From positions 2,309 to 66,308 of the forward strand of contig JAQYCV010000028.1 in NCBI GenBank assembly GCA_028724525.1: 64,000 nucleotides of DNA. The letters are read 5' to 3'. The notes under the pieces were generated by a model, which was given only the letters and a program-made list of their open reading frames with translations, did no database searches and was not told where the DNA came from. Source of the DNA: Clostridiales bacterium. Its GTDB lineage: Bacteria > Bacillota > Clostridia > Saccharofermentanales > DTU023. Below, piece after piece: positions 37,401-46,491 of the stretch. The translations under genes and the position numbers were made by a program. Numbering within the stretch: position 1 is the first letter of the stretch; each line of letters begins with the position of its first letter.

Positions 37401-39062
37401 ACGCAGACTTTGCAAGTCAGTAAGGCCTTGGGTCGTCAAGAGAGCAGTAGATTTAAGAAAATCCGCTAGCTCGTGGAGGCCGGTGTGGGCATCCACCCAA
37501 TCTCTCTCAGCTATCTGGGGAAAGCGGTCTCTTAAGGCCTGGGCCTGGTCAGGGTCCTGAGGGGTCAAGAGGCGGAAGAGGCTTTGTCCCGCTCCTGCTG
37601 GACCTTGGTCAGCAAGCCCTTCGGCTCTAGCTTGGGGTTGGAAGGCCTCTTTGTAGGCTAAAAAGCCATAGATCTCTCGGTCTTGAGGCTTTTTATCTAG
37701 GTCATCATAAAGCAACGCCAGACTAGCTAAAGCCTGGCAGGAGTCTTCTATCTTTTGCTCAGGCGCCAAGAAGACTGTGGGCCCATCCTCAACCAAATAG
37801 CCCTCCATGCCGTAGATTAATTTGATCTCGGTTCCTGCCTTGGCAAGCTTTTGCTGGGCATCAAAGGCTTCTGGAAAGCCCTGGACCACTCCGTGGTCAG
37901 TCAGAGCAATTGCTTGTTGGCCAAACTCTGCCGCCTTTTTCACGATATCCGCAGGGTTGGAGCAGGCATCCTTGGCAGATAACTTTGAGTGAATATGCAA
38001 TTCCACCCTTTTATCCTCTGCCAGATCCTGGCGGCTGGGCAAGGGACAAGCCAAGGGTTCAATCGTTTGGACCTTAGCCTGAAAGTCTTGTTCAAAGCGC
38101 TCGTTCCATTCGATGTAAGCAGAAATCTCCACATATTGGCCTTTGAGCTGGCCAGTTAAGATCAGGGCTTCTTCCTCTTGCAGATAGAGTACACAGCATA
38201 GGGCATGGTGGCCATTGGCCAGAATAAAACGCAGGATATAGGAGCCCGATTTAAGGGCCTTGCTTTCCAGGTCTTGCACCCAGCCCTGGCAACGCACATG
38301 GTCAGTCTCCATGCTGAGGTCTTTCAGACTCACCAGGGGTAGTTTATCTTGGCGTTTTTTGCCATAGAGGAGGCCCTCCCCTGGCTTAGTCGACCTGGAG
38401 CTCCGCCGCCGATAATAAGATCCTGGACCAGGCTCAAACCCAGGCAAGTCTCCGGGGCCGGGCTCAACAGGACCTGGAAGGAAGGTCACAGGATTATGTG
38501 TCGCCTGGGCTTCATTCTCATTGGATTCCAGCTTTTCGCGAACCCGGTCGCTTAAACTGTCCGAAGACATATCCGCTACAAGACTAGGGGCAATACCAGG
38601 CAAACCGGCCTCTTGCCAGAAGTCTACAAACCAGGAATTTTCTTGGGCCTGTAGAATTGCCAAAGAAGACTGGGGAAGCTGCCAAACCAACTTTTGGTCA
38701 TCTATGGTCTCTAAAGAACCGCGGGCCCAGAGCTTTTCTTCCAGGCTACCCACCCTGACCGCATGCCGGCGCAGCCAATTTTGTAGCTTGTCTTTTTGTG
38801 ATGACCAGTCAATCTTCGCCTGGGGTCCTGGTTGCAGGCCAAGGACAACGTGGGGATAGTCCAAGGCATTCTCCAAGCTGATCTCAGCATCCTGCACTTG
38901 TTGGTAGTCAATAGGACCCGGGCAGTAGACAGCAAAGCAGAGACAATCTCCTGGCAACTGCTGGGGACAGATACTCAGTAAAAAGGCCTCCAGAGGGGGG
39001 AATGACCCTGGGCCATCCGCTATGCTGTGATAAAAGTCAGATAAGGCAATCAATTGGGACAT
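34500..39062 (-). CDS. polC: DNA polymerase III alpha subunit, PolC type (PHP domain split by an exonuclease-like insert)
   Basis: 1520 aa with PHP VELHIHSKLSAKDA...LTDHG, polymerase core GSRGSVGSS, Zn module CPHCHY...CPECG, and a C-terminal HhH. The insert at residues ~425-670 is alignable to the PolC exonuclease but lacks the DEDDh signatures (see findings). Confidence 0.95.
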   Translation of the reverse strand: MSQLIALSDFYHSIADGPGSFPPLEAFLLSICPQQLPGDCLCFAVYCPGPIDYQQVQDAEISLENALDYPHVVLGLQPGPQAKIDWSSQKDKLQNWLRRHAVRVGSLEEKLWARGSLETIDDQKLVWQLPQSSLAILQAQENSWFVDFWQEAGLPGIAPSLVADMSSDSLSDRVREKLESNENEAQATHNPVTFLPGPVEPGPGDLPGFEPGPGSYYRRRSSRSTKPGEGLLYGKKRQDKLPLVSLKDLSMETDHVRCQGWVQDLESKALKSGSYILRFILANGHHALCCVLYLQEEEALILTGQLKGQYVEISAYIEWNERFEQDFQAKVQTIEPLACPLPSRQDLAEDKRVELHIHSKLSAKDACSNPADIVKKAAEFGQQAIALTDHGVVQGFPEAFDAQQKLAKAGTEIKLIYGMEGYLVEDGPTVFLAPEQKIEDSCQALASLALLYDDLDKKPQDREIYGFLAYKEAFQPQARAEGLADQGPAGAGQSLFRLLTPQDPDQAQALRDRFPQIAERDWVDAHTGLHELADFLKSTALLTTQGLTDLQSLRYQGFRGEKTAAHLKFNPCYLDMALLQTLDLAWQENFICPSQDLDQAGQDFRKQRTYREQDLLDNQEQLRQDLKAQIDLFKAYYAASGASSWSDFNAACGHLDQDQLKANKARRYHIILLANDDLGLYHLYRLVSLSHLEYFYFKPRIPRSKLKYFRAGLSLGSACVAGEIFSEVIGAYTDCHGDLEAAGRDLAKPASLDLARFYDYLEIQPLDNNQFLLRGDNTAIRSREDLQNLNRLVLQWADAASVPVCATCDSHFLDPEDDIYREIVMSDMGFEDEIPAPLYFRTTEEMLEEFSYLGEETARQVVVENTQAVAARVEEGMRPFPAGNYPPVIHTSEEELKNLAETQAQALYGREGVLPPDIADRLDKELNSVISNGYAVMYYIAHKLVKKSNADGYIVGSRGSVGSSLLATFCGISEVNPLPPHYICPHCHYYEPDSTGNYGSGFDLPAKLCPECGSPLNRDGQDIPFATFLGFEGDKQPDIDLNFSGEYQAEAHAYLEEMFGQDHTYRAGTTSAYASKQSLALVRNYCEQSGLNLGLNNMKQLAKGIEGVKVSTGQHPGGIVVLPEDREIYDFTPIQYPANKQDKGIITTHFDFHALDETILKIDALGHDDPTMLKMLSDLTGVDINDIPIPDERVMELFRSTAAIGIKPEDSTIGSATIGLPEVGTMLARDMIKETQPQSFYDLVQLSGLSHGTGVWKGNAQDLIREGTCTINEVIGCRDSIMTRLIYSGLASKDAFTIMETVRKGRPLKEEQIQLMRDHEVPEWYIESCRKIQYLFPKAHAAAYSISTQRVAYFKVYYPEAFYCAWFTVRAGDFSRDMHLLPPDIIKENRRKARENFSRIEKKDEKAFYILELVEEMQARGINFLPLDLVESAAHEFTSPGPGQIRPPLDIITGISTGMAQEIVKARKQGGPFQTIEDLESRAGIGPAAVENLRVTGILDGLPESSQLSLFDLTGPGPSL

Positions 39063-39064
39063 GA

Positions 39065-40138
39065 CTATTTTTTCTCAAGGAGTTTGGCAATTTCTTGCTT
39101 TAGACAGGCTAAAGCTTGATCTTCTGGCACTTTGTAGAGGGGACGGCCCTTGGCAAAAAGCAGGTATTCACCCTGCCCTCCTGCCAGGCCCAGGTCCGCT
39201 TCTCTCGCTTCGCCCGGTCCATTCACGGCACAGCCCATAACAGCAATAGTCAAGGGCTGATTGAGGTCTTCTAGATATTGGTCAACCGCTTGGGCCAATG
39301 GCCGGATATCCACTGCGGTCCGACCGCAACCTGGGCAGGAAATTAGCTGGGCAGACCGCTGGCGCAAGCCCAAGCTTTCGAGGATAGTCCAGGCTGCCTT
39401 AACCTCCTCCACAGGGTCTGCTGTCAGAGACACCCGAATCGTATCACCAATCCCCGCAAGCAAGAGAGGGGCTAAGGCCGTAGCGGACTTAATGGCCCCC
39501 CGTTTTGGAGTACCAGCCTCGGTCAGGCCAAGATGGAGGGGGTAGTCACAGGCCTGGGCCAACAGTTGGTTAGCCTCGATCATCAAGGGGGCATGAGAGG
39601 CCTTAACGGAAAGACAGATGTCGTCAAAGCCTTCAGCCTCGAGAAGATTGGCCGCCTCGAGGGCAGAGTATTTCAAGGCCTCTGCTGTGGGGCGGCCAAA
39701 GCGGTTCAGGATCTCAGGAGATAGAGAGCCAGCATTGACCCCCACCCGAATGGGGATCCCCTGGGCCTTGGCCTCCCTAGCTACCTGGCGCAAGCCAGAC
39801 TTGTCCCGAATGTTGCCAGGATTGAGCCGGAGGGCGGCAGCACCTGCTTCTATGGCACCCAGGGCGAGCTTCCAGTCAAAATGGATATCTGCCACCAGGG
39901 GCATGGGAGATTGGTCGGCAATGGCCTTAAAGGCAGGGAGACTATCTGCACTAGGCACAGCTAGGCGTGAAAGCTCACAACCGGCTTCTGCCAGGCGCTT
40001 TAATTCTTCTAGATTGCCTTCCACATCTCGGGCAGGCCGGGAGTTCATCGATTGAACTAAGACGGGGTAGGCCCCGCCCATATGGAGCTTGCCAATTTTA
40101 AGCCTGCGGGTTGCCCGCCTCTCCACCTGCAAAGACAT
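39065..40138 (-). CDS. ispG: 4-hydroxy-3-methylbut-2-enyl diphosphate synthase IspG (GcpE)
   Basis: VQSMN, the TIM-barrel domain, and the C-terminal 4Fe-4S ligands CPGCGRT...GCAVNGPGE. ATG 40138 is preferred over TTG 40153. Confidence 0.9.
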   Translation of the reverse strand: MSLQVERRATRRLKIGKLHMGGAYPVLVQSMNSRPARDVEGNLEELKRLAEAGCELSRLAVPSADSLPAFKAIADQSPMPLVADIHFDWKLALGAIEAGAAALRLNPGNIRDKSGLRQVAREAKAQGIPIRVGVNAGSLSPEILNRFGRPTAEALKYSALEAANLLEAEGFDDICLSVKASHAPLMIEANQLLAQACDYPLHLGLTEAGTPKRGAIKSATALAPLLLAGIGDTIRVSLTADPVEEVKAAWTILESLGLRQRSAQLISCPGCGRTAVDIRPLAQAVDQYLEDLNQPLTIAVMGCAVNGPGEAREADLGLAGGQGEYLLFAKGRPLYKVPEDQALACLKQEIAKLLEKK

Positions 40139-40142
40139 GGAA

Positions 40143-41498
40143 CTACCTTGCAAAGAGTTTGCTCAGGTCTAAGTAGAAGACATAAACCACGAGCAAGAGG
40201 ACCAAAGCCAGGCCCAGCATGGAAAAGCCTTCCTTCACTTTATCCGGCAGGTTGCGCCTTATTGTGCCCTCAATCGCAATGATCAAAAGATGGAAGCCAT
40301 CAAAGGGGGGAATAGGCAATAGGTTGGTAAAGCCTACCGCCACAGAAATGTAGGCAAAATACAGGAGGAGTTGAGAAACCTTTTCCGCGACCTGGGCGTC
40401 GCCCTCAACCACATCGCCTACCATCGTCACAATGCCAACGGGGCCACTGAGGCCATCTTTGGCGGCAATTTCGCCAGAGAAAATCATACCCAGCCCCTGG
40501 ATAGTAGAGCGGACAACAGATACGGGGTAGGCCAAGGCTTGTTGCAAGCTGGGGATAAAGTTCTTGGTGAAGGCCAACTGCAAGTTGCCCAAGGGCTCCA
40601 ACTCCCTGAAATGCGACAGGGTCATATCCAGGGTTTGCTTTTGGCCATCTCGGATAATTTCTAGATCAAACTGATTCCCCGCCTGCTTGGCTATAAAGGC
40701 ATCAAAGGCTGACTTGTCTTTTACAGATACACCACCTGCACTCAGAATTTCATCACCTGCCCGCAAAAGTGGAGATCCTTCATGAGATCGAGGATCCACC
40801 TGGGAGACAATCATGCGACCATCTGGGCGAGGGGTATAGGAAATACCCATCCGGTAGCTATCCACAAATTTTCTTTCAATCCTCAGGCTTCGGAGCTCGC
40901 CATCAGCGCCTCGAACTTTAAAAGTTTGACCTTCCTGGGGCTTGAAGTTCTCTACCATGGTGTAGTCTAAAATGGTGGAAATTTTGGCATCGTTGACTTG
41001 GACAATCCGGTCTCCCGCCCGCAAGCCAGCCTTTTCTGCTAGCGAGTTAGCTTCTACGCCCTCAATCACAGGGAGGGATACGCCAAAACTGACAAAGAGG
41101 ATGAGAAAGGCTAAAAAGGCAGTAAAAAAGTTGACCAGGGGGCCCATGGCAATGACAATGGCTCGTGCCCAGCGGGGGCGGTTATAGAAGAGGCCTGGAT
41201 CGTCTGGAGAGATGGGCTCTAGCGTTTGGGTGCCCTCGCCCTCTCCTTCTTCCGGCAATTCATTGATCCCTGAATCTTCGCCCGCAAATTCTACAGAGGC
41301 CCCCATGGGGATCAGGCGGATGGTAAAGACGACACCGTCTTTACAAGTTCTCTTATAAAGGATAGGCCCCATGAAGAGGTTAAAGGAAATAATCTTGAAG
41401 CCCAGGGCTTTACCAGCTAAAAAGTGGCCCAGCTCATGGACAAGCATCATAATGCTCAGGATGAGTAGACCCACTAGAATTCCGAATACAGTAGACAT
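40143..41498 (-). CDS. rseP: Site-2 intramembrane zinc metalloprotease RseP/RasP (M50 with PDZ domains)
   Basis: HELGHF in TM1, two PDZ-like segments, and an NLLPIPPFDG motif. ATG 41498 (AAAGGGGA upstream) is preferred over TTG 41519. Confidence 0.9.
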   Translation of the reverse strand: MSTVFGILVGLLILSIMMLVHELGHFLAGKALGFKIISFNLFMGPILYKRTCKDGVVFTIRLIPMGASVEFAGEDSGINELPEEGEGEGTQTLEPISPDDPGLFYNRPRWARAIVIAMGPLVNFFTAFLAFLILFVSFGVSLPVIEGVEANSLAEKAGLRAGDRIVQVNDAKISTILDYTMVENFKPQEGQTFKVRGADGELRSLRIERKFVDSYRMGISYTPRPDGRMIVSQVDPRSHEGSPLLRAGDEILSAGGVSVKDKSAFDAFIAKQAGNQFDLEIIRDGQKQTLDMTLSHFRELEPLGNLQLAFTKNFIPSLQQALAYPVSVVRSTIQGLGMIFSGEIAAKDGLSGPVGIVTMVGDVVEGDAQVAEKVSQLLLYFAYISVAVGFTNLLPIPPFDGFHLLIIAIEGTIRRNLPDKVKEGFSMLGLALVLLLVVYVFYLDLSKLFAR

Positions 41499-41558
41499 GA
41501 ATTCCCCTTTATTTATCAAATTGACCCGAGTAAAAAAAATCTAATTTTACTGAATTCT

Positions 41559-42746
41559 CTAGGTTTGTGCGCCTAAAGTAGAAACTTGGTCACGGCAGTA
41601 AGCTTTTACTAATTTATCGTGGTCTATCATACCATTCAAGCTAAAATCTGTCAGTCTAGGTCCCGCTAGAAAATGATCTAAAGCGAGAGCGACCAAATCT
41701 GTAATGCCTGTAAACTTAACTTGTCCGGCTAAAAAAGCAGATACAGCAACTTCGTTGGCGGCATTCAAGATAAGGGGGGCTTCCTTACCCTCTCGAGCTG
41801 CCAGACGGGCCAGAGCCAAGGCGGGGAAACGCTGGTCATCTGGCTGGTAGAAATTCAGAGACCGATCGCTTGCCAGGGCAAAAAAGTCAAAAGCAGGCAA
41901 GTCTGTATCTATCCGGTCTGGCCAGGTCAAGGCCAACTGGATAGGCAGGCGCATATCGGGCATACCCAGTTGCCCCAAGATAGCTCCATCTTTAAATTCC
42001 ACCAGGGAATGAACAATACCCTCCGGGTGAATGAGAACCTGAACTTGACTTTCATCCACTCGAAAGAGCTGGCAGGCTTCAAGGATCTCAAGGCCCTTGT
42101 TCATCATGCTGGCTGAATCGATGCTAATCTTTGCGCCCATGGACCAAACCGGATGGGCCAGGGCTTCTTGAGGGCTTACCGCAGCCATCTGGTCTCGCGT
42201 CCAAGTCCGGAAGGGACCGCCAGAAGCGGTCAGATAAAGCTTGCGGCAAGAGCCTTGCGGCGCAGCGGCCAGGCATTGCCAGATGGCGGAATGCTCTGAA
42301 TCCACCGGATAAATCATGACGCCTTTTTCCCTGGCTAAAGGCAGGAGCAAGTCGCCTGCCACCACCACAGCTTCTTTATTGGCCAAGGCCAGGTCGTGGC
42401 CGGCTTGGATCGCCACATAGGAGGGGGCCAAGGCAGCAAAACCACTAATGGCCATTAGGACACGATCAACGGGTTCCTGAGCAAGGTTAAGGAGGTCAGC
42501 CTCGCCCCGGTAGATAGCAGTCCTCTGGCGGTCTCTAGGGCTCATGAAGGTCTGGAGGCGGTCAGCCGCCTCCTCATCGGTCACGGCGACCGCTTGAGGT
42601 TTAAACTCTCTTATCTGCTCTGCCAAAAGCTCCACCTGACTATGACAGGAAAAGAAGCGGGGAAAAATCCCTAGTCGCCGGCAAACATCCAGGCTTTGCC
42701 GGCCAATAGAGCCCGTACAGCCGAAAATAGCAATATTTTGCAACAT
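41559..42746 (-). CDS. dxr: 1-deoxy-D-xylulose 5-phosphate reductoisomerase
   Basis: IFGCTGSIG NADPH fold, LANKEA, and PVDSEHSAIWQC. Confidence 0.95.
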   Translation of the reverse strand: MLQNIAIFGCTGSIGRQSLDVCRRLGIFPRFFSCHSQVELLAEQIREFKPQAVAVTDEEAADRLQTFMSPRDRQRTAIYRGEADLLNLAQEPVDRVLMAISGFAALAPSYVAIQAGHDLALANKEAVVVAGDLLLPLAREKGVMIYPVDSEHSAIWQCLAAAPQGSCRKLYLTASGGPFRTWTRDQMAAVSPQEALAHPVWSMGAKISIDSASMMNKGLEILEACQLFRVDESQVQVLIHPEGIVHSLVEFKDGAILGQLGMPDMRLPIQLALTWPDRIDTDLPAFDFFALASDRSLNFYQPDDQRFPALALARLAAREGKEAPLILNAANEVAVSAFLAGQVKFTGITDLVALALDHFLAGPRLTDFSLNGMIDHDKLVKAYCRDQVSTLGAQT

Positions 42747-42750
42747 AGAT

Positions 42751-43626
42751 CTATGGCAACCAAGCCAAGCTCAGAAGGATGGCAAAGAGAGGGAGAACAA
42801 ATAAGCTAGAGTCAAAACGGTCCAGGAGTCCACCATGACCGGGAATGAGCTGACCCGAGTCCTTGACGCCCGCCGCTCGCTTGAGGGAGGATTCAAAGAG
42901 ATCTCCCAGCTGGGCAACTAAGCCCGCCAAGAGGCCAAAGAGGAAGAAGGCTAAAATATGGTAGAAAGCAAGCCCAAGCTCAGCTCTCACCCGCAAAAAA
43001 ATGAGGATATAGAAGATGCCTGGGCCGATGAGGCCAGCAAAAAAGCCTTCCAGTGTTTTATTTGGTGAGATGGGAGTCAGGGCATGTTTGCCATACAGGG
43101 ACCCGACCAGCCAGGCAAGACTGTCGGTCACCCAGGGGGTAAGTAGGGCCCAGAGCAAGGAGTGCCAGCCATAGGGCAGGCAGAAAAGCAGATAGGTCGC
43201 GGAGAAAAAGCCAAGGCTGAGATAAAAATTACGGCTAAAGGCCGATAGACTGGCATCTAAGCTAGAGATGCCCTCCCGGTGCAGGTAAAAAAAGCATTGA
43301 ACAATAGCGACCACTAGTTGCCAAGTTAAAAAGTACAAGAAAGCCTTGAAGGCCGTTGCCGCGCTCTGGATAGGATCCCCAGGGGTGTAGGGGAAAAAAG
43401 CTGGCAGGATCAGGGCTAGATTTTGCCAGAGGCAGAAAAACAGGCTGGGCTTGGGATCAGAGGCAGGCACCAGGGTTTGAAGCTCGCGGCCAGCCTGAAA
43501 AGCAAGGGCCAGCCAGAAAACTAGCATGAGCACTGGTTGCCAGGCGCCCAAAGCAAGAAAAGCTATAAAAATCGCCCCGTAAACCAGGGCACTAAGGATG
43601 CGTGTTGTCACTCTTCTCTCCTCCAT
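42751..43626 (-). CDS. cdsA: Phosphatidate cytidylyltransferase
   Basis: Polytopic membrane protein with the C-terminal CTP-transferase signature SLKRAAGVKDSGQLIPGHGGLLDRFDS. Confidence 0.9.
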   Translation of the reverse strand: MEERRVTTRILSALVYGAIFIAFLALGAWQPVLMLVFWLALAFQAGRELQTLVPASDPKPSLFFCLWQNLALILPAFFPYTPGDPIQSAATAFKAFLYFLTWQLVVAIVQCFFYLHREGISSLDASLSAFSRNFYLSLGFFSATYLLFCLPYGWHSLLWALLTPWVTDSLAWLVGSLYGKHALTPISPNKTLEGFFAGLIGPGIFYILIFLRVRAELGLAFYHILAFFLFGLLAGLVAQLGDLFESSLKRAAGVKDSGQLIPGHGGLLDRFDSSLFVLPLFAILLSLAWLP

Positions 43627-44326
43627 AGCGGCGTTGCCTAAGGCTATAGGCGTCTAAGGCTTGAGCCAAATCAGCTTGGCCAAAGTCCGGCCAATAGACA
43701 GGGCTAAAATACAACTCGGCATAGGCTGCCTGCCATAGCCAAAAATTAGATAATCTCTGCTCGCCTGCCGTACGGACAATCAGGTCGGGATCAGGCATTT
43801 GGGGCTGGTAAAGGAAATTTCTAAAGCTGTCCTCATCAAGCTGATCGGCCAGGGCCAGGGGATCTGGACTGCGCAAGGCCTTCTGGACCGCGCGCACAAT
43901 TTCCCTTCTTCCGCCATAATTCAGGCAAATATACAAGTCTAGCTTATGCGTTTCTGGCGGGTTAGCCTGGATTTGACCAATAATCTTTTGTGTCGCGGCC
44001 GGTAGCTGATCCAAGTCACCCACAAAATGAATGCGTGCCCCCTGATCCCGCATCTCAGCGGCATAGCGGTGGAAGAAGTCTGGAATAAGCCGCATCAAAC
44101 CATTCACTTCTTGGGTAGACCGGCGCCAGTTCTCCGTTGAAAAAGCATAAACCGACATGTGGCAAATACCATAGTCTAAAACCCAATAGCAAACATCACG
44201 CAGACGCTCTGCACCTGCGCGATGTCCTGCCGACCGGCTTAATCCTCGGTCTTGGGCCCAACGGCCATTGCCATCCATGATAAAGGCAAGGTGCTGGGGT
44301 AAAGGTTTATCGTGTGCCTGGATCAC
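43592..44326 (-). CDS. uppS: Undecaprenyl diphosphate synthase
   Basis: HLAFIMDGNGRWA and FSTENWRR motifs. Confidence 0.95.
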   Translation of the reverse strand: MIQAHDKPLPQHLAFIMDGNGRWAQDRGLSRSAGHRAGAERLRDVCYWVLDYGICHMSVYAFSTENWRRSTQEVNGLMRLIPDFFHRYAAEMRDQGARIHFVGDLDQLPAATQKIIGQIQANPPETHKLDLYICLNYGGRREIVRAVQKALRSPDPLALADQLDEDSFRNFLYQPQMPDPDLIVRTAGEQRLSNFWLWQAAYAELYFSPVYWPDFGQADLAQALDAYSLRQRRYGGEKSDNTHP

Positions 44327-44334
44327 AGGAAAAA

Positions 44335-44904
44335 CTAAAGCTCCATGAGCTCCTTATTCTTTTCCTCTACCGCCTGGTCGACTTTTTCTACATACTTATC
44401 GGTCAGCTTTTGCATCTCAACCTCAAAGGAGTAGAGATCGTCCTCACGGATTTCCCCATTTTTCTCATAATTGCGGAAGGTATCAATAGCTTCTCTACGG
44501 ATGTTACGGATCGCCACTTTACCCTCCTCACCTAACTTATTGACATCTTTGGTGAGTTCACGCCGGCGATCTTCGGTAAGTTGCGGGAAAACCAAACGGA
44601 TGCATTTGCCGTCATTCATGGGATTGATACCCAAATCAGAAGCCTGTAAGGCACGCTCGATCTCCTTCAGGGTCTTGGCATCCCAAGGCGTGATGGTAAT
44701 CATGCGGGCTTCCGGCACTTGTATGTTAGCAACCTGTTGTAGGGGTGAAAGCACACCATAATACTCAACCGTGATGGCATCCAGCAGGCGGGGGTTGGCC
44801 CGACCAGCCCGAATGGTATTAAATTGTTCTTCTAAAAAACGGATGCTTGCTTGCATCTTTTCTTCGTAGGGCTTATAGGTCCCTGCGTTCAGTTCAATAG
44901 CCAT
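44335..44904 (-). CDS. frr: Ribosome recycling factor
   Basis: 189 aa with IRAGRANPRLLD...ITPWD. Confidence 0.95.
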   Translation of the reverse strand: MAIELNAGTYKPYEEKMQASIRFLEEQFNTIRAGRANPRLLDAITVEYYGVLSPLQQVANIQVPEARMITITPWDAKTLKEIERALQASDLGINPMNDGKCIRLVFPQLTEDRRRELTKDVNKLGEEGKVAIRNIRREAIDTFRNYEKNGEIREDDLYSFEVEMQKLTDKYVEKVDQAVEEKNKELMEL

Positions 44905-44995
44905 GAAAACCTCCTATTACTAGGTATTATTTTAACTATTATAGCTTAGGCCCTGCTTTACTCCAAGACAGGGTGCCAGACTGGACAGGATGGGG

Positions 44996-45700
44996 CTAGG
45001 AACCCCTTACAAGTGTTCCGACCTCTTCTCCCCTTGCCGCCTTGAGGATATTGCCAGGCCTTGTCATGTTAAAGACCCTGAGGGGCAATTGATTATCTCG
45101 ACAAAGAGCAGCGGCTGTGGCATCTATTACCTTGAGATTTTGGTCTAACACTTGGCTGAAGCTGAGTTCTTTATAAAGCTGGGCGTCCGGATACTTGTGA
45201 GGATCCTTATCATAGACCCCGTCCACTAGAGTGGCCTTTAAAATCATATCTACCTCAAGCTCGGCTCCACGGAGAGCAGCCGTTGAATCTGTAGAGAAGA
45301 AAGGATTGCCCGTTCCACCTGCTAGAATGACCACTTTCCCCTCCTGCCAAGCGGCCAGAGCCCGGTCCTTACGAAAGATCTCATGAATTTTGGGGATAGA
45401 GAGGGCGGACAGAATCACATTGTCTACACCTGCCCGGCTGAGGGCATCCGAGACAGCCAGAGCATTCATCGTAGTGGCCAGCATACCAATGTTATCCGCG
45501 ATGACCCGGTCCATCTCGCCTGAAGATCGGCCTCGCCAGAAATTGCCTCCCCCCAGAACAATGGCGAGGGCAATACCGACGTCTGCTGTGGCTTTGATGG
45601 CCTGGGCCATATCATCTAATACCTGGGCATCTAGGCCTTGGCCAGTTTGACCTCCCAAGGCCTCTCCGCTTAATTTTAAGAGAACTCTTCGTTTGCGCAT
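44996..45700 (-). CDS. pyrH: UMP kinase
   Basis: RVLLKLSGEAL...VLGGGNFWRG...ILAGGTGNPFFSTD. Confidence 0.95.
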   Translation of the reverse strand: MRKRRVLLKLSGEALGGQTGQGLDAQVLDDMAQAIKATADVGIALAIVLGGGNFWRGRSSGEMDRVIADNIGMLATTMNALAVSDALSRAGVDNVILSALSIPKIHEIFRKDRALAAWQEGKVVILAGGTGNPFFSTDSTAALRGAELEVDMILKATLVDGVYDKDPHKYPDAQLYKELSFSQVLDQNLKVIDATAAALCRDNQLPLRVFNMTRPGNILKAARGEEVGTLVRGS

Positions 45701-45745
45701 GGTGGCTCCTTTTCTTGTTTGCAGTCGCTTTGTCTAGATACAAGA

Positions 45746-45778
45746 AGAGACACGCCTAGCGACGTGTCTCTTTTTTTA
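45746..45778 (-). terminator. Terminator-like hairpin between tsf and pyrH
   Basis: AGAGACACG-N8-CGTGTCTCT stem. On the minus strand it is followed by TCTTGTATCT, and on the plus strand by TTTTTTTAA. It probably acts as an attenuating or bidirectional terminator. Confidence 0.5.
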
Positions 45779-45790
45779 ATTTAGATTAGC

Positions 45791-46438
45791 TTATTTATTA
45801 AGCTGGGCCATAACTTCCGCTTGGAAGTCTTCATCTTTCTTCTCTAAGCCCTCGCCAACCTCATAACGAGTAAAGCGGCGAATGCGGATATTTTCTCCGA
45901 TGGTCGCGATGTGTTCCTTGACCAGGTCAGCGATGGTCTTGCTATCATCTTTGATAAAGGCCTGCTCTTCTAGAACATTTGCTGCATAGAACTTATTCAG
46001 GCGACCTTCTACAATATGGTCAACAACCTTTTCGGGCTTACCCTCGTTCAGGGCTTGGGTACGAGCAATTTCTTTCTCCCGCTCAATAACAGCCTCAGGA
46101 ACATCTTCACGGCGAACCCATTGGGGATTCATCGCAGCGATTTGCATCGCAATATCGTGTACCATGGACCGGAAATCTTCATTGGCAGCAGCAAAGTCAG
46201 TCTCAATATTGACTTCAACCAGTACACCGACACGGTCGCCATGGATATAGGAATAAACAATACCTTCAGCAGCAATGCGGGAGGCACGTTTTTCAGCAGA
46301 AGCCATGCCCTTTTCACGTAGCCATTTGACAGCTTCGTCCAAATCGCTGTTGGTTTCTTGCAGGGCTTTTTTGACGTCGACCATACCAGCACCGGTCATC
46401 TCACGCAATTGCTTAATTAATTTAATATCTACAGCCAT
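45791..46438 (-). CDS. tsf: Elongation factor Ts (short form)
   Basis: [19 protein letters not shown]-like N-terminus, 215 aa. Confidence 0.95.
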   Translation of the reverse strand: MAVDIKLIKQLREMTGAGMVDVKKALQETNSDLDEAVKWLREKGMASAEKRASRIAAEGIVYSYIHGDRVGVLVEVNIETDFAAANEDFRSMVHDIAMQIAAMNPQWVRREDVPEAVIEREKEIARTQALNEGKPEKVVDHIVEGRLNKFYAANVLEEQAFIKDDSKTIADLVKEHIATIGENIRIRRFTRYEVGEGLEKKDEDFQAEVMAQLNK

Positions 46439-46491
46439 ATCTTCCTCCTAATAAAATTTTTATCTCGGCTTATTTATTGATTTACTCTGGC

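Noticed and set aside
38349-38555. The low-complexity Pro/Gly segment in the PolC N-terminal region (PGPVEPGPGDLPGFEPGPGSYYRRRSSRS, near nt 38400-38500) as a possible frameshift or gene fusion point.
   Set aside because: The reading frame is continuous, and the flanking N-terminal and OB-like regions are in the expected PolC order. It is most simply a disordered linker consistent with this genome's general Pro/Gln-rich insertions.
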